DNA from: Spirochaetales bacterium
GTDB lineage: Bacteria > Spirochaetota > Spirochaetia > JABEVK01
Length of the DNA stretch: 64,000 bases
Assembly: GCA_037142615.1 (NCBI GenBank)
Contig: JBAXAI010000006.1
Location: 85,118 to 149,117, forward strand
Direction of reading: 5' to 3'
Shown here one piece after another: positions 59,968 to 64,000 of the stretch. The notes below the pieces were generated by a model. The model was not told where the DNA came from. It worked only from the letters and a program-made list of their open reading frames with translations, and searched no databases. A program made the translations under genes and the position numbers. Position 1 is the first letter of the stretch, and each line of letters opens with the position of its first letter.

Positions 59968-60990
59968 TCAGCCTCCTGCCAGCGACCAATTCAGGGTCTG
60001 CCCCGAACACAAGGGCACAACGTTGTGGTACATCTTGAGCACCGTCCAGGGTTCTTTCACAAAGGTCACGGTGTCCTGATTCTGGGCCAGACCGTAGAAC
60101 TCGGCGCCAAACCGGCTGACGAAACCCTCGAGCTTTCCCAACTGCTCGTGCCGCTCAAACAACTCGACCAGCAGGCTCAGGGCCACCGGCATGGTGTAAC
60201 AACCCGCGCTGCACAGCGAGGCCTCTTTGTTTTCACGGGCGTGGGGAGCGCTGTCGCTGCCAAAAAACCACTTGGGACTCCCCGAAAAGGCGGCGCCGAG
60301 CAGGGCTTCGCGGTCCTCGGGCCGCTTGAGGAGCGGTTTGCAAAACAGATGGGGGTCGAGCTTGCCGCCCACCATGTCGTCCAGGGTGTACAGCAGATGA
60401 TGCACGGTGAGAGTGCCGGCGGTCAGCGGCCCGTTGTCTTTCACGGCAGCGACGCCTTCGGCGGTGGAAACGTGCTCCAGCACGATCCGCAGCTTGGGAA
60501 ACGCCTCGCGGAGGTTCGCCAAAGCACCCACGAAGACCTTCTCACGGTCCAGGCTGAAGGCAACGGGGTCTTCGCCGTGCAGGCAAAGCACCAGATCGAG
60601 CTCTTCCATCAGCGCGAACACGCCCCAAGCGTCTTTCAGTTGCCGGATGCCGTCCTCGGAATGGGTCGTGGCGCCTTCGGGGTAGAGTTTGCCGGCCACG
60701 GCTCCGGCCTGTTTGAGGGCCAGCAGCCGGGCGCGGTCGGCGCCGGGTGTCTTGTCGTCGGGGCGCAACTTGAAGGTCATCAGCGTTTTGAGGCCGGGGG
60801 CCGCGACTTCGATCTCGCGCCGGTACCCGGTGAGGCCCGCCGCGTCCAAAATGGGGGGCAGGGTGTTGGGCATCACCAGCACACGGGCGAACCCTGCGTT
60901 GCGCGCGTCGCGGGCGAAGTGTCCCGCATCGGGGCCCTGGCGCAGGTGGACGTGAAAATCGTCGGGCCGGTGAAAGGTGATGCGGTCCAT
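59968..60990 (-). CDS. pyrC: Dihydroorotase (homodimeric, E. coli-type)
   Basis: PDDFHVHLR, VMPNT.PP, KLYP.GATT.S, LHGE, VLEHVST, FCKP.LK, FFGSDSAPH. Confidence 0.92.
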   Translation of the reverse strand: MDRITFHRPDDFHVHLRQGPDAGHFARDARNAGFARVLVMPNTLPPILDAAGLTGYRREIEVAAPGLKTLMTFKLRPDDKTPGADRARLLALKQAGAVAGKLYPEGATTHSEDGIRQLKDAWGVFALMEELDLVLCLHGEDPVAFSLDREKVFVGALANLREAFPKLRIVLEHVSTAEGVAAVKDNGPLTAGTLTVHHLLYTLDDMVGGKLDPHLFCKPLLKRPEDREALLGAAFSGSPKWFFGSDSAPHARENKEASLCSAGCYTMPVALSLLVELFERHEQLGKLEGFVSRFGAEFYGLAQNQDTVTFVKEPWTVLKMYHNVVPLCSGQTLNWSLAGG

Positions 60991-60993
60991 GGG

Positions 60994-61995
60994 CTACTGC
61001 GCGGTGACAAGACTGGGCATCTCGGCGCTGGTGCGGGTCCACACTTTTTCGCCCTTCGGATTGATGTAGCTTACCTCGGAACCTTCGAGGACCATGGCTA
61101 GGCCTCCCATAAAGTCCTGTGCGGCCGAGAATTGCGGCTTGATGACAAACTCTCCTTTGGTGTCGATGTAGCCCATTTTTCCATCTTGCAGGGCCACGGC
61201 CAGGCCTTCGGAGAAGCTGCGGGCGTACTTGAAACTGGGCGCGACAATGGTTTCGCCCTTGGCGTTGATGAACCCAACCTGATTGCCAACCCCGATCAAG
61301 GCCATCCCGTTCGAAAACGGTTCCGCCGAGTCAAACTTCACCTCAAAGAGCTTCTTGCTGTTCTTGTCGATGAAACTGTTTTCAGTGCCCTTTTGCACGA
61401 TGGCGAACCCTTCTTTGAACGGGCTCGCCGACGAGTACTGAATGTCGATAACGACCTTGCCGGTCTTGTCGACGTAGCCGCCCAAGTTGTTGTCGACGAC
61501 CTGTCCCAGTCCTTCGCTGAAGGTGCCGGCAAACTGGTACTTGGGGGGCACGATCACGGCGCCGGCCTTGTCGATGTAGCCGAACTTGTTTCCGACGGCG
61601 ATGGCAGCAATCCCGTCGCTGAAGTCGAACGCGTAGTCGTACTGAAACGGAATCACGGTCTTGCCAGTTTTGTCGATGAAGCCAGTGCGGTTGTCTTTCG
61701 AGGCATGGGCAAGCCCTTCGCTGAACCGGCCGGCGTTGGGGTACTGGAAGTCGATGATCACCTTGCCGGTGGTGTCGATGTAGCCGGCCAGGCCTTCTTT
61801 CATCACCACGGCGAGCCCCTCGGTGAAGTCGCCGCACTGGTCGTAGGCGGGAGCGATGATCACTTTGCCCGTGGCGTCGGCGTAGCCGAACTGGCCCCTT
61901 TCGAAAATGGGGTAGAGTTTGGCCGGCCCCGAACACGAGGTGACAACAAGGGCGAGCAGGGCAGCGACGACCGCAGTGGTTCGGTAACGGTTCAC
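60994..61995 (-). CDS. WG (KWG Leptospira)-repeat lipoprotein
   Basis: Lipobox VTSC, about 8 repeats of GYID.TG..I...Y..A..FSEGLA. Confidence 0.9.
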   Translation of the reverse strand: MNRYRTTAVVAALLALVVTSCSGPAKLYPIFERGQFGYADATGKVIIAPAYDQCGDFTEGLAVVMKEGLAGYIDTTGKVIIDFQYPNAGRFSEGLAHASKDNRTGFIDKTGKTVIPFQYDYAFDFSDGIAAIAVGNKFGYIDKAGAVIVPPKYQFAGTFSEGLGQVVDNNLGGYVDKTGKVVIDIQYSSASPFKEGFAIVQKGTENSFIDKNSKKLFEVKFDSAEPFSNGMALIGVGNQVGFINAKGETIVAPSFKYARSFSEGLAVALQDGKMGYIDTKGEFVIKPQFSAAQDFMGGLAMVLEGSEVSYINPKGEKVWTRTSAEMPSLVTAQ

Positions 61996-63305
61996 AGCAA
62001 GACCTCCTTCAGGGTTTTCGAAAGGTCGGCCAAAGTGTTGCCGATCGCAATGGACTGTTTTTGCTTTTTGGCGACCTCGACCAACTGGGGCGGCAGTTCG
62101 GGCCGTCGGCCGGTGGCCTGCTCCACTACCTCAAGGAACTTGGCCGGGTGCGCCGTCGCCAGCACCGAAATGTGGCCACGGTCGATGTGGTTTTCGCGCA
62201 AAAAGCGCCGGGCGGCGGCATAACCCACAGCGGTGTGCGGGCAAATGTCCATGTTGGAACGAGCTTTCACGTCGCGCATGGTGTCGAGGGTTTGAGCGTC
62301 GCTCACGGTGTCGCCAAACACCAGCGCGCGCATCAGGTTGCGATTCTTGTGGAAAAGCGCTTCCATGCGCTCGAAGTTCGAGGGGTTGCCTACGTCCATG
62401 GCGTTGCTGAGCGTCAGTCGGCTGGGGCGGGGCGAGTAAATGCCGGTTTCGAGGTACTGGGGCACCACGTCGTTCGCGTTGGTCGCGGCCACAAACCCGG
62501 TCACCGGCAGGCCCCATTTCCAGGCATACAACCCGGCTGTCAGGTTGCCGAAGTTTCCGCTGGGAACCGAAAAGTAGAACTCTTCCTTGAGCTGTTCCTT
62601 GAGCTGTGCAAAGGCCCAGATGTAGTAAAACGACTGGGGAATCAGGCGGCCCAAGCTGATGGAATTGGCCGAAGTGAGCGGGAACTGGTGGCTGAGATCG
62701 GGGTCGAGAAAGGCCTTTTTGACCATGTTCTGGCAGTCGTCGAACGAACCTTTCACCTCGAGTGCGGTGACGTTGCCGCCCAGCGTGGTGAGCTGCTTTT
62801 CTTGCAGGGGGCTGACACGCCCGGTAGGGTACAAGATGACGACGTCAATGTTCTTCTTGTTATGGAACGCCTGTGCTACAGCCGAACCGGTGTCGCCGCT
62901 GGTGGCGGTCAGGATGACGGCTTTGCGGTCGGAGTGTTGCAAAAACTCTTCCATCGATGCGGCCAAAAAACTCGCCCCGAAGTCCTTGAACGCGCAGCTC
63001 GGGCCATGAAAAAGCTCGAGGATGCTGAGCTGCTCGTCCATCATGACCAGCTTGGGCTCGAACGGGAAGGCGTTCTTGACGATGCGATGCACGCTGCCGC
63101 CGTCGAGTTCGCCCTTGAGCAGGTAGGCCGTCACCAACGCGGCGATCTCGTGGAAGCTGGAGTTCTTGTCGAGGGCCTTGAAGTGGGTCTGCAACTGCAG
63201 GTCTTCTTCGGGAATGTACAGGCCGCCGTCGGGCGCCAAGCCCTGAAACAGGGCCTCTTGAAAGTTGACCCGGGCCTGTGGGTCGCGGGTGCTGTAGAAC
63301 TTCAC
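61992..63305 (-). CDS. thrC: Threonine synthase
   Basis: GLAPDGGLY, LELFHGP..AFKDFGA, ATSGDTG.AV, SANSIS.GRL.PQ, VPSGNFGN, TLSNAMDVGNPSNFER, TAHPAKF. Confidence 0.95.
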   Translation of the reverse strand: MKFYSTRDPQARVNFQEALFQGLAPDGGLYIPEEDLQLQTHFKALDKNSSFHEIAALVTAYLLKGELDGGSVHRIVKNAFPFEPKLVMMDEQLSILELFHGPSCAFKDFGASFLAASMEEFLQHSDRKAVILTATSGDTGSAVAQAFHNKKNIDVVILYPTGRVSPLQEKQLTTLGGNVTALEVKGSFDDCQNMVKKAFLDPDLSHQFPLTSANSISLGRLIPQSFYYIWAFAQLKEQLKEEFYFSVPSGNFGNLTAGLYAWKWGLPVTGFVAATNANDVVPQYLETGIYSPRPSRLTLSNAMDVGNPSNFERMEALFHKNRNLMRALVFGDTVSDAQTLDTMRDVKARSNMDICPHTAVGYAAARRFLRENHIDRGHISVLATAHPAKFLEVVEQATGRRPELPPQLVEVAKKQKQSIAIGNTLADLSKTLKEVLL

Positions 63306-64000
63306 TTTTTGACTCCTGCACCAATAAACGCCGCGTGAACCGTGTTGAGGGCCTTTTCGCGGTCTTTGCTCTGGATGACAAAGCTGATGTTGCGCTCGCT
63401 CGAACCCTGGGCGATGGCGAGCACGTTGACGTTGGCGTTGCCGAGGCTGCTGAACAAACGGCCGGTGATGCCAGGGCGGCCGCGCATGTTCTCGCCGATC
63501 ACGGCGATGATTTCGAGACCCGTGACCAGCTCGCAGTCCTTGAGCTTCTTCTGTTTGTGCTCGACCGCGAGCTCGGCGCGCAACGCCGCCAACGCGGTTT
63601 GAGCCTCGACCTCGCGGCAAACGATGCAGATGGAGTGCTCTGAGCTCGCCTGGCTGATCATGATGACGTTGACTTTGACACGCGCCAACGCCCCGAACAC
63701 CCGACTGGCAAACCCCGGAATGCCGATCATGCCGCTGCCTTCGATGTTGATGAGCGCGGCGGCCGATATGCTGGCTATGCCGGTGATGTCGTTCTGATGC
63801 GGCGTGGGGTTTTGGCGGATCAGGGTTCCCTTGACCGACGGGTTGAGCGTGTTCTTGATGCGCAGCGAAATGCCGCGTTCGAGCAGAGGCATCATGGTAG
63901 AAGGGTGGATGACCTTGGCGCCGAAGTAGCTGAGCTCCATGGCCTCTTCCATGCTGATTTCGTCGAGCACGATGGTGCCTTTGACAAAGCGCGGGTCGGC
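63302..64000 (-). CDS. Aspartate kinase (C-terminal part with two ACT domains; 5' end outside the window)
   Basis: ADPR, EAMELSYFGAKVIHP, IKNT.NP..GT, MISQASSEHSI, IAQGSSERNIS. Confidence 0.92.
   Translation of the reverse strand, partial: ADPRFVKGTIVLDEISMEEAMELSYFGAKVIHPSTMMPLLERGISLRIKNTLNPSVKGTLIRQNPTPHQNDITGIASISAAALINIEGSGMIGIPGFASRVFGALARVKVNVIMISQASSEHSICIVCREVEAQTALAALRAELAVEHKQKKLKDCELVTGLEIIAVIGENMRGRPGITGRLFSSLGNANVNVLAIAQGSSERNISFVIQSKDREKALNTVHAAFIGAGVKK

Noticed and set aside
60994-61995. Periodic DNA repeats suggestive of a CRISPR or tandem array
   Set aside because: Degenerate coding repeats of the WG-repeat lipoprotein; no identical repeats with spacers and no cas genes

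Overview
GC-rich bacterial DNA, probably from a free-living spirochaete. That assignment is inferred from a WG/KWG-repeat lipoprotein, a TP0788-0790-like lipid-transport trio and a HisE with a degenerate HisI-like N-terminus. I saw no rRNA, tRNA, CRISPR array or transposase. All family and gene assignments come from motif recognition and recalled sequences, not database searches. Two catabolic islands stand out. (1) About 3.9-21.2 kb is a sulfoquinovose (sulfoglycolysis) locus carrying the signature enzymes of both the transketolase route (split SqwGH-like transketolase, RpiB/SqwI-like isomerase, Fe-ADH/SqwF-like reductase, TauE exporter) and the transaldolase route (SqvA/SftT-like transaldolase, SqvD/SftI isomerase, DUF4867). 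It also has YihQ sulfoquinovosidase, an ABC importer, a second long-form transaldolase, an aldehyde dehydrogenase and two ROK regulators with two different operator palindromes. (2) About 31.8-39.3 kb is a GntR-linked operon: permease, AtzF-C-terminal-like protein, triuret hydrolase (TrtA signature), FdrA, DUF1116 and carbamate kinase. It suggests an ATP-yielding, carbamoyl-phosphate-based triuret/biuret catabolism. Also present are a 287-bp highly structured MITE, a TetR-controlled MMPL/LolA-like/outer-membrane system, several PAS hybrid kinases (two disrupted), a GH88 cluster and housekeeping genes (rpsA, rlmN, U32, yitJ, hisA/hisE, pyrC, thrC, aspartate kinase).
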